From: Octopus sinensis | Lineage: Eukaryota | Assembly: GCF_006345805.1 (NCBI RefSeq) | Contig: NC_043003.1 | Coordinates: 6,510,001 to 6,574,000 of the forward strand | Direction of reading: 5' to 3' | Length of the DNA: 64,000 nucleotides | In this document: piece after piece, positions 1 through 10,719 of the stretch | Position numbering within the stretch: the stretch's first letter is position 1 | How the letters are laid out: every line of letters starts with the position of its first letter | The notes under the pieces: model-generated | What the model was told of the DNA's origin: nothing | The model's database searches: none | The model's input: the letters and a program-made list of their open reading frames with translations, nothing else | Program-made: the position numbers and the translations under genes

Positions 1-155
1 CAATCATATAGACACACACATACTCACAAATATACGTATAATCTTAAAATATACACACATATATACTTATCCATATATATATATGACACTATAATAAAGG
101 ATAACGGTTAAAATTCAAATTTGTTATTTTATTATTATTTTTGAATCTTTTTTCG

Positions 156-272
<117 letters not shown>

Positions 273-346
273 GAACAGAATTTTGAAGGGAATCTAACAG
301 TTTTTGTGTGTTTCTTAAATGGCTTATAAACACCTTCCACGCTGCA

Positions 347-379
<33 letters not shown>

Positions 380-818
380 GTGTGTGTGTGTGTGTGTGTG
401 TGTATGTTTTTATTTTTTCCCAGGTTTTACTCCTGACCTCTCATCCTTCTGGTGTCTTTGGCAATTCTTGACTCCTCTCCACCTTCTTTCATATCTTTCT
501 CTGATAAAAATACTATTTATTCACACACTACACCCCACTCTATCATTGTATCACTCCAAATAAATTAACAAGTCGTCCATCATTAAGGGGTCAACCCTAA
601 GCGTTATACAAGATGTGTCAAAAACCTTAGAGATGCGCTATTTTCGAGAATGTTCATCTTTACAAGGGAAAGAACTCTATCCTTACACAGGATTATTTCC
701 CTTGCATTAATACTCTTACCAGTGACTGCACACCTAGTTTGCGTGTTTCAGTGCATGTGTATTATGTACGTGTGTGTCTCTCTGCGCACGCTCGCACACG
801 TGGCCATTTCTGTGTGTG

Positions 819-870
<52 letters not shown>

Positions 871-1371
871 GTAAAATAAATATAAACAGCTGTCTACAAT
901 GTTTCACCAAAATTCAGAATTACAAACGTCACTAAATGTGACCAGGGTGCCAAGAAACACCCACATTGCTAGAAATAAGAGCTAAAACCGTTCTAATGCT
1001 GTAGTTAACACCCATGAATACTAACAGGGAGCTGAATCGTCCGAAAAATGCTGAGCGAGATACACACAGACTCGAGTTTCTGGATGGTTACCCCTCCTCA
1101 GCGTGTATTAATCACCAGCTAGTCGTGAAAACTCCATTCGCAAAAATACTATATGCGAACGTCCGTGTGTATCACGTAAGGTTAGGGATGGGAGCGATGA
1201 CCGCCCCTCGCAAACACTGATCAGACACAGAATGTGTATCGTTAGCCAACTAGAAGAGACGTCAGTTGCACTGTCCCGTATAGGACGCCACACTTGGTTG
1301 GCAATTATATGTTAAGATTCCATATTGCTACTGTTTATATCTCGCTCAGAGATTTAATATACCCTCTCTTT

Positions 1372-1402
<31 letters not shown>

Positions 1403-1445
1403 CACACACATATATATATATATACATATTAATATACCCTCTCTT

Positions 1446-1477
<32 letters not shown>

Positions 1478-1485
1478 TATATATA

Positions 1486-1765
1486 CATATTAGAGGGAAA
1501 CCACTATGTGAACATCCTTAGCTAGAAATAGATCCGCTATCGTCTTACCACTAAGAAATGTTCTCAAGAAAAATTTAGCAAAACAACCAAAACGTAATCG
1601 AGCAGACAAAAGAAAAAGCAATAAAAATATGGATTTCTTTCGTCTTGCTCGATTACGTTTTGGTTGTTTTGCTAAATTTTTCTTGAGAACATTTCTTGGT
1701 GGTAAGACCATAGCGGATCTATTTCTAGCATACGGATGTCCACATAGTGGTTTCTCTCTAATATG
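1486..1765. mobile_element. Fold-back/MITE-like element, nearly one long palindrome (arms about 125 bp)
   Basis: catattagagggaaaccactatgtg...gagcagacaaaagaaa is mirrored by tttctttcgtcttgctc...cacatagtggtttctctctaatatg with a short spacer; a related terminus (attagagataaaaccacta) occurs near 49427. Confidence 0.8.
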
Positions 1766-1919
1766 TAAATAATACAATTTTACTGAACCTTCAGTTCTTT
1801 TTATATGCTAGACCACTGGTGTGAAATCGATGTTAATTAAATTAATATCTAATTTCTCACACTCATTTAAAATATACATGTATATATTATAGATATAGTA
1901 TATATATATATATATATAT

Positions 1920-2115
1920 AAACTGACTAGAGTCACCGAAACGCGGCGTAGATGAAACAGGACAACTGAAGAAAGGGGAAAATTCTTTATGTTCTTTGTC
2001 TCATTTCTCTGTTGTTTTTTTCGTTGTTCCCCCAAAAGTTCGTTTCTGTTTTGTGTTTATGTTTTTATCTCGTTGTGCTCAACGTTCTTATTTGTCTTGT
2101 ACCCATTTTGCATGT
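1920..2115 (+). mobile_element. Small (TA)n-embedded repeat, Penelope-like terminal-repeat remnant (tentative)
   Basis: Flanked by (TA)n on both sides; degenerate CTGA...GAAA-CG..CG-TA motif followed by a T-rich tail, same layout as 18000 and 56225. Confidence 0.35.
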
Positions 2116-2123
2116 ATATATAC

Positions 2124-2161
<38 letters not shown>

Positions 2162-2402
2162 TATATAATATATATATATATATATAATATGTATATATAT
2201 ATGTATATATATATGTATATTATATGTTGTTATGTACATATGTGTTGTATATATGCATCTTTGTGCAGCTGGCGATTGCTCTGCATTTTAAATTGATGTA
2301 ATGATTGCATTATTCAATTAAATAGAGTCGCACGAAACGATCGTACTGCATTACCATCTGGATTCCCTGTAGCTTATTTGATTTATATATATTATATATA
2401 AT

Positions 2403-2469
<67 letters not shown>

Positions 2470-2574
2470 TGTATATAATATTTATATATATATATACCTA
2501 CGTATATGTACATACATCTAGACGTATATATACGTATGTATATGTGTGTGTGTGTGAGTGTGTGTGTATTTGTG

Positions 2575-2785
2575 CGTTTGTCCCCCATCACAACCACCAC
2601 AACATTGCTGGACAACCGATGCTGGTGTGTTTACGTTCCGTAAATTAGCGGTTCGGCAAAAAGAACGATAGAATAAGTACTAGGCTTACAAAGAATAGGT
2701 CTTGGGGTCGATTTGCTCGACTAAAGACAGTGCTCCAGCATGGCCACAGTTGAATGACTGAAACAAATGAAAGAATGAAAGACTA
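2575..2785 (+). mobile_element. SINE family A, 3' body/tail only
   Basis: accgatgctggtgtgtttacg...gctccagcatggccacag...gactgaaac matches the full copy at 26452-26855. Confidence 0.85.
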
Positions 2786-2884
2786 TATATATGCACACAC
2801 ACAATATATGTATATATATATATATATATATATAATATAATATATATATATATATATATTATATATCTATATATATATATATAT

Positions 2885-3063
2885 ATCAGTAATAATGTAG
2901 GGTGAAATTAATTAATTTGGAATAATTATTAATTTCACCATGTAGATTTCGGCATGTAAAAGGCCCATTGAGGAGGAAAGTTTAAGTAATACTAAGTAAT
3001 TAAGGGTTAGCAACGATTTGCCTCACCAGGTGAGGCAATCGTTGCTAAACCCTTAATTACTTA

Positions 3064-3066
<3 letters not shown>
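2885..3066. mobile_element. (TA)n-embedded repeat ending in a 38-bp-arm palindrome (2990-3066)
   Basis: tactaagtaattaagggttagcaacgatttgcctcacc-a-ggtgaggcaatcgttgctaaacccttaattacttagta. Confidence 0.6.
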
Positions 3067-3098
<32 letters not shown>

Positions 3099-3198
3099 TA
3101 TATACTCCTACTATTACTATACTACTACTAATACTACTACTATACTACTACTACTACTACTACTACATACTACTACTTACTAATAATAATAAATATAA

Positions 3199-3245
<47 letters not shown>

Positions 3246-3269
3246 TAGCAATGATGACGATGATGATGA

Positions 3270-3954
3270 TGAAATTGTTGTACACAGTGCTCATGTGCAC
3301 TACTACTAAAAATTCTAAAGTGTGGCATTAGGTGAACTGTTCGCAGATTTCAGGAAGCATGGTAGTTTGGGAAGGATGGAGTGTCTCGACACCTAACAAC
3401 TGATGCGGGTAGTTTATTCCATGCTTCAGCAATTCTGAGATTGAAAAAAAAAATGTTTCGGGAAGTCAAGGGTACTATGTTGTTTTTTATTAATTTGTAA
3501 GGCATGTCCACGAATGTTTGTGATGTTGAATTTTAAAAAAGTGTGCAAGGTTGTTGTTGGAAAGATGGTAAATAATGCTGTGGTGTCTTCCAAGTCAGTT
3601 TCCAGACATCGAAAATTTAATGCGTCCATGCCCAGGGAAGCAAGAGGTTCAGAGTATGGTAGATGTCTGACGGTAGGTGTTTGTATCTGAACAGTTTCCA
3701 GGAGGTTTCTATGCTGAGCAAGACAGGGGCTCCCGACTTGTGAAGCAAATTCTAAGTGTGGACGTATCATTGTCATATTCAACTTTAAATAAATAGCTGA
3801 AGAGTGGCTGACGATAGTCTTACTGAAAGATGCTAAGACCCCCTCAGCTTTCTTGACAATCATCGAAACGTAGTTTGTTCAATGCAGCTCGCTGTTTACA
3901 GTAATACCCAGAACACGTTCACTAACAGGCTTCTTAAGAATGGTATTGTTGAGG

Positions 3955-3955
<1 letters not shown>
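3270..3955 (-). mobile_element. CR1/L2-type LINE 3' fragment, same family as 14545-17280
   Basis: ORF 3426-3863: RPHLEFASQVGSP...TVRHLPYSEPLASLGMD matches the C-terminus of the 14786-16516 ORF; shared 3' end gcactgtgtacaacaatttc plus a trinucleotide tail. Confidence 0.9.
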
Positions 3956-4012
<57 letters not shown>

Positions 4013-4344
4013 CAAGTAGGTACTGTAAATTTAGGGTGAATACTTGATAAGTGTAAGCACCTGTATACGCCAGATAGTGGCAGAGGTGAGAGAGAATATA
4101 TCAAATAAAATTAAAAACAGAACACAAAGGATATAGCAGTACATGTGTTTCAAGTTTCATAAACAATCCGTTTTTACATCAGTGTTTTATTGATATAAAA
4201 GATGGTTTAAAGCTCTTCAGCCGCAAACATTGTTATTCCAAAGAGTTATATCACACTATAAAAATATGAAAAGTACATGTAGTATTACCCATTATAATAG
4301 GTATATCATACCTCCCTGAGAAAGTGTATTTGTAAAATTCCTCC

Positions 4345-4380
<36 letters not shown>

Positions 4381-4389
4381 ATATATATA

Positions 4390-4900
4390 CAGGGGTAGAC
4401 AAAATAATGGAAACACCTTAAAATTTCAAACAAATTTATTTTAATATGGGATAGGACCTCCTTTGGCAGTAATTGCAGCTTGAATTCTACGAGGTATGGA
4501 CTCGTACAAAGTTGGAATTGTTTCCAAAGGAATTTTGTCCATTTTTCAGCTAAAACAGTCTCCAGTTCTTGTAGGGATGATGGCAGAGGATATCGACTCC
4601 TTAATTGTTCTTCTAAAATGCACCACAAATGTTCCATAATATTGAGATCTGGGGACTGTGGTAGCCAGATGAGATGTTCAACTTCACTAGAATGTTCTTC
4701 GTACCATTCAGTAACAACTTTAGCAGTGTGAATTGGTGCATTATAATCCTGAAAGATTGCGTTTCTTTCCGAAAACTGTTCCGGAACCATAGAGAGAATA
4801 TGATCATATAAAATGCTTAAAGAGTCTTGACTTTTTATTTTGCCATGAAAGGAAACCGTTGGGCCGGCGGATTTCCAAGATACAGCCCCAGATCATCGCA
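4390..4900 (-). mobile_element. Tc1-like transposon, one TIR plus transposase C-terminus (partial copy of 32493-33739)
   Basis: TIR ta|caggggtagacaaaataatggaaacac; IFQDYNAPIH...WLPQSPDLNIMEHLW. Confidence 0.9.
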
Positions 4901-5390
4901 AATCCTCCTCCATGAAAAAGGGAACACGTGTGCTGAACTATTGAAAAATCTGCAGTTATTATATCCAGATTCCAAGTTCACGTTTATACCTGTAGTTATT
5001 GGGGAACTGAGATATGTAACACACTACCTACATACGAAATTGAGCTTCTCAAAACCAGAAAAGAGATAGCTAATTCGAAGACTTCAGATCCAATCCATGA
5101 CTGGAACTGTAAAAGTCTGTAAAACTTTCCAGAAGTTCATCATTTAAATATATATGAGCGTATCTAGATATGCAACTCTACGTATGGGAATACATGCATA
5201 CAAACATACATTCATACATACATTCATACATACATTCATTCATACATACATTCATTCATACATACATACATACATACATACATACATACATACATACATA
5301 CATACACACAAACATACATACATACACACATACATACATACATACACACATACATACACACATACATACATACATACATACATACACACA
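4900..5390 (+). mobile_element. 3' end of an RLE-type (R2/NeSL/R4 group) non-LTR element with a (CATA)n tail
   Basis: LLKNLQLLYPDSKFTFIPVVIGEL...RRLQIQSMTGTVKVCKTF resembles the RLE C-terminal 'P(I/V)VIGALG' block; runs into the (TACA)n array. Confidence 0.6.
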
Positions 5391-5554
5391 TATCTTAAGG
5401 GAAGGGTATTTCCAGAGAAGCACTCAACCCGAGTTCTGTTGGATTCCAGGTTAATACCGGAATTTTTCAAGCGTAGCAAATCCTCGTTTCATAAGGGTAA
5501 ACTGTTGTGTGAAGTAAACTTGATTCAATTCGTTTGTTTTTGTGCCATTTCTGC

Positions 5555-6070
5555 TTGCAACCACAGTATACGCAAAAATTCGAAGGCATCAGGCATTTGC
5601 CATATTCGAACGCCTTACTTCCCTGGGCATGGACACATTGAAACTCCAACGTCTGGCAGCTGACTTGGCAGACACCCACAAAAATATTAACCATCTTACA
5701 AACAATAGCTCTGAGCCCCTATTCAATCTCCATCTGTCTAACACCCGTGGACATGTTTACAAAGTCAGAAAACAGCACAGCTCCAATGACTTTTGCAAAC
5801 ATTTCTTCATGCTAAGAGTTGCTGAAGCATGGAACAAACTGCCGGCATCAGTTGTTAGTTGTCGGAGCACTGCATCCTTCAAAACTTCCATGTTTCCTGA
5901 GATTCGCCAACACTACACCTGATTTTCTCCCCTCCATACACACACAACATGTATCTGACTCATACACTGTTCGCTTTCCAGACATTTGTACATTACTGCA
6001 TATACTTTATACGCACTTTTGACAAGTTGTGGTGCAACTGAGCACTGTATACCATAATTTCATTATTATT
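5555..6070 (+). mobile_element. CR1/L2-type LINE 3' fragment, family of 14545-17280
   Basis: ERLTSLGMDTLKLQRLAADL...RVAEAWNKLPASVVS; 3' end ctgagcactgtataccataatttcattattatt. Confidence 0.9.
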
Positions 6071-6441
6071 CTTATTAAAATTCAGGCATTGTTTGCGGTC
6101 TTAGACAGTAGAAAGGCACGACATTAGGCTTGCGTCAATAGGGCACCATTACATTCTGTGCCAATTCCAAAACATTCAATGTGAAGGAGCAACCTTCTAT
6201 GTAGGTATTTGCACGACATGCTTCAAATATTATCTCATATGGGACTCAATATGCAACGTAGAGCGGAAAAGATTTTGATAAAATAGAAAAAAAAACTGCT
6301 TATGTACTTAATTGTGGTCGCTGGCTGATCACGACGGTTCGTGATCAGCCAAGGGGGAAGCTTAAGTGGACGGTCATATTTTTCATCTAATAATTAATAT
6401 GCACACACATACATAGATGAAAAATATGACCATATATATAT

Positions 6442-6492
<51 letters not shown>

Positions 6493-6515
6493 CATACAAT
6501 ATATATATATATATA

Positions 6516-6600
6516 CTTGCAGAGTACCCGGCGTTGCCCGGTTACATTCAATTGAAGAATTAGACTTTTCTGTTATATTTTCTGTAATGAACTGGAATAT
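6516..6600 (-). mobile_element. Helitron 3'-end stub
   Basis: cttgcagagtacccggcgttgcccgg mirrors the CTAG plus CCCG/CGGG hairpin end of the 46-48 kb Helitrons (CTAG altered). Confidence 0.5.
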
Positions 6601-6639
6601 CTATGTTTCGGATTTCATCAAAATTGCAGATTTCCTCTT

Positions 6640-8190
6640 TTCCACACCAAAGCCAAGCCAAGCCAAGCCTTCAGTAAAAGTGACACCAACGCCATAGCGC
6701 TGACTGTGGTGTCGTAGCCTTGGACAGTCAGCCCAATAGCGCCCAGAGCGAGCTCTGATGATCCTCAGCTGCTTTAGTGGACATCCGATGTTTTGGAGCA
6801 GGATGAAGAGGCCTTTTCTACTTACCAAGTCAAAGGTCTTTGTCCGATCAATGAAGGCCATATATAACGGCATTTTCTGCTCTCTGGACTTCTCCTGAAG
6901 TTGGCGTATGGAGAATATCATGTCAATAGTTGATCTGCTTCTTCTAAAGCCACACTGCGATTCTGGATAAATTCGAGAAGCAAGCAGTTGTAGCCTGGAC
7001 AGGATAATGTGAGCAAAGGCCTTTCTAACAGTGCTTAGAAGAGATATTCCACGGTAATTGTTACAATCACCACGTTCACCTTTGTTTTTGTAAAGCGTAA
7101 TGATGTTGCATATCTTGAGGGACTGTACCCTCCCCCCAGCACGGACACAGATGCTCATGAAGGTGCCGAAGCAGGATGGTGTTTTTGCCGGTTTTGATGA
7201 TCTCTAAGGGGATGCCGTCTTTTCCCGGGGCCTTGTTACTTGCTAGGGAGTCAATAGCCTTGGTGAGCTCTGCTATAGATGGCAAACTGTCAAGTTCACA
7301 CATGACTGGCAAGATCTTGACACCCTCGATTGCAGCCTCAGGTACCGTGGACCCCGTGAGTACAGATTCTGGTGGTACTCCACCCATGTATCCATTTGCT
7401 TGCTTTGGTCCTTGATGAGATCTCCAGTGTGTTGATTTCAGAGGGGGTGACTTGGTCGCGGATGGACCGAGGGCCTTCTTCAAACCGGCATACATCCCAC
7501 GGGTCTCGCCACTGTCAGCAGCTGACTGGATACTGTGACAGATTTCCTGCCAATACCTATTTGCACAGCGTCTGGCAGTCAGTTGGGTTTTATTTCTTGC
7601 CTTTCTGAGTTCTTCGAGTGACTTTGTAGAAGAATCACTCTAGTATTGCATCAGAGCTGCACGCTTTGCTTCGATAACTGTTTCCAGCTCTGAGAGCCCA
7701 GCACTGAACCAATCTGGGTTTTGCCTTTCTCTCATGCCGAAAGTATCTATTGATGTGGTATACAAAGCTTCCCTGATATAATTCCACCTACTTTCAGCAG
7801 AGGAGGTTGGGCAGCTACTGAGGGCAATTTTGATAGAAACAGCAAAACATTGTCGCAGTATAGGGTCCAAGGTTCTGCCAGTGTTAATGCGTGGTCGGCC
7901 CATTTTCTTGGAGTGATGGACTTTGTTAGGCAGAATCCTCACCCTGCTTCTTATTAGTGAATGATCTGTGTCACAATCCGTGCTGTGGTAACTACGAGTC
8001 AGTTGAGCATATTTCAGAAAGGATCTTCGTGTAATGATGAGAACCAGCTGATGCCAGTGGTGAGATATTGGATGTCTCCAAGATGTCTTGTGGGATGTCT
8101 TGTTGGCAAAGAATGTGTTGGTGATGCACAGCTTATGGTATGTGCCAAATTCAAGTAGTCTCTGACCATTGTCATTCATTTTGCCAATAC
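6640..8190 (-). mobile_element. RTE-clade LINE fragment (EN C-terminus, RT N-terminus) joined by internal deletion to its 3' tail
   Basis: GIGKMNDNGQRLLEF...CDTDHSLI; KAPGKDGIP; CNNYRGISLLS...ESQCGFR...STIDMIFSIRQLQEK; (CTTGG)n tail near 6648-6668. Confidence 0.9.
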
Positions 8191-8268
8191 CAAAACACAT
8201 ACACTTACATATATACATACATATATATATACGATTGATTTGTTTCAGTTCCTGTCCATGAAATCCAC

Positions 8269-8344
<76 letters not shown>

Positions 8345-8404
8345 ATTGATAGATACAACTGAGTGGGCAAACAAAATTATGAGACACTGCATAGTGCTTT
8401 TTAT

Positions 8405-8660
8405 ATATTGATAAGCCTGGTACTTATTCTATCAGTTTCTTCACCAGTTGTGAAGCAGTGATGAGGGAGAAACACAAAGACACACACACAGACTTACATA
8501 TATTCATATACATACAATTGATTTCTTTCAGTTTCTGTCTACAAAATCCACTGACAAGGCTTTGGTTGGTCTGAGGCTATAGCAGAAGACACATGCCAAG
8601 TCACCACACAGTGGGACTGAACTGAGGACCATGTGTTTTGGAACGAAGTTTGTTACCACA
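8405..8660 (-). mobile_element. SINE family A, head plus partial body, degraded
   Basis: Reverse complement of the tRNA-like head and CORE-like 'cttgg..gtgtctt' block. Confidence 0.75.
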
Positions 8661-8784
8661 CAGCCACACCTGCACCTATGTATATGTGTGTGTGTGTGTG
8701 GGGGGGAATCAGTGTGTGTGTGGGGGTGGGTAGATCGGTGTGTATGGGTGTATATATGTATGCATGTATATATATATTATCTTT

Positions 8785-8990
8785 TTACTCTTTTACTTGT
8801 TTCAGTCATTTGACTGCGGCCATGCTGGAGCACCGCCTTTAATCGAGCAACTCTACCCCGGGACTTATTCTTTTGTAAGCCCAGTACTTATTCTATCGGT
8901 CTCTTTTGCCGAACCGCTAAGTAACGCGGACATAAACACACCAGCATCGGTTGTCAAGCAATGCTAGGGGGACAAACACAGACACACACA
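8785..8990 (-). mobile_element. SINE family A body/tail
   Basis: tttcagtcatttgactgcggccatgctggagcaccgcc...accagcatcggttgtcaagc. Confidence 0.85.
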
Positions 8991-8997
8991 CAACACA

Positions 8998-9055
<58 letters not shown>

Positions 9056-9447
9056 ATATATATAATATATATATATATTATATATATATAGATAATATAT
9101 ATAATTATATATATATGTGGATATATGTGGATTAACTGGTGAACTGGACGGACGTCTATTTGTTTCTCTCCCGAGTCAGTAGCAAGCTACACAGCTTCAA
9201 AACTAACTGACCTTAAATATATATATATTTGTAACCACGTGTTTGCCTACAAACCCGTAAGTACGTTTCATCTAACTACAAATTGTTATATACACCTGTT
9301 TTCTTTTAATATCCTCAAACAACCAAATAATCAAAACTCACACCCTAAGAGAGAACATATATTATATATATACACTTCTTTAACTCCCAAGAAAGAATAT
9401 ATATATTTTCAAAAATCAAAAGGAAAACAAACAAAAGAAAAACAAAC

Positions 9448-10700
9448 ATGACTAACTTCAGGCCTGCAACAGACGAAATTGGTCTGATAACGAAATTGAT
9501 GTTTTAATAAACACATGGCCTCTCTTTCCAAACAGAAAATCTAAATGTCTTGTGTTGAATGAGATGCCGAAAAAACATCACAAGTGGTCAACACACGATC
9601 CGTCAAACAGATTCGTAGCAAGTTGAAACATATCGAAGTATCTTTCAAACTGATAAGAGGCCATTATGAAAAGCTTCTACATATTTTCACAGTTCAAGAA
9701 CAACAACAGCTAGAAAATCAGCAGCCACAACAACCACAAACAACAGAATGAGCCACTCCTGGTTCCCAGCACAATGGCTGACCCTGACATCGGTCAGGCA
9801 CAACAACAACAACAACAACAGCCACAGCAAAAAGAACAACAACAGCCACTCCTCAACTCTAGCTTACTAGACGATTCACTAAATGCCAGTATCTTTTCAC
9901 CGCTCTCACAGCAACACCACCAATTATCATCATCATCATCACCACCGCTGCCACCATCGTCTTCTATCACCAAAAATATCAACAGAAAAACAAATAAGAA
10001 ACCACTGCCCTCTTCCCCCACATCACCACCTCAATACTACTGCAGTAACAAAAACTTAAAGAAACATAGGAAGCAGAATGCGCCCCCCACGGCACAAACA
10101 AGAAATCCCCAAATATGCCGCTATTCACTGCGCCAGAGACTCTGCACAAATAGTGACTGCATCTTCACGCATCTACCCGGCACTAGACGCACTACCGGCC
10201 AAGGCCAAAGCACGCATCCCACAATAACATAACACCACCAAATAGTAAATCGAAATTCAAAACACACACAACTCGGAGTCCCAAAATCTGCCGGTTTCCA
10301 ACGTGAGAGAACATGTCTACTGAGTGACTGTCCCTTCACTCATCTTCCAGGGACCCGACGCACAAACAGAAAGAAACGGGGCCTCAAGCCAACACACAAA
10401 CCTGAATAACAATAAAAATAGAAACACACCATGCTGCAGTAATGCTGTCCAGTCTTTTCAGGAAGACACAAAAAACAAACAACAACAAAAGTGGAACTAC
10501 AACCCTATCCAACAGTGCAACCACACCTCCAGCCAAAAACTGCTCCCTAAGCAGGAAAATTCTTTTTTAGCCATGTTGAACATGGCAAAAGAGATACACA
10601 AAAACATTCTAGCCATCACTCAACACCATCCTATGCTATTACCCCAGTGCACCAATCCCCACATTGCTGCCACTAACACACACAAAAAATCCAAGCCCCC
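9448..10700 (+). pseudogene. LINE ORF1 (frameshifted): Myb/SANT-like N-terminus, Q/P/S-rich linker, CCCH zinc finger
   Basis: Manual two-frame join: RRNWSDNEIDVLINTW...LNEM|AEKTSQVVNTRSVKQIRSKLKHI (9471-9633); CRYSLRQRLCTNSDCIFTH (10116-10172). Confidence 0.6.
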
Positions 10701-10719
10701 TGCAACAGTCAAAACCAGC

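Noticed and set aside
4130-4185. GAAA-CACATG-TA helix-III-like motif on the - strand
   Set aside because: The CTGANGA core is not recoverable at the right spacing.
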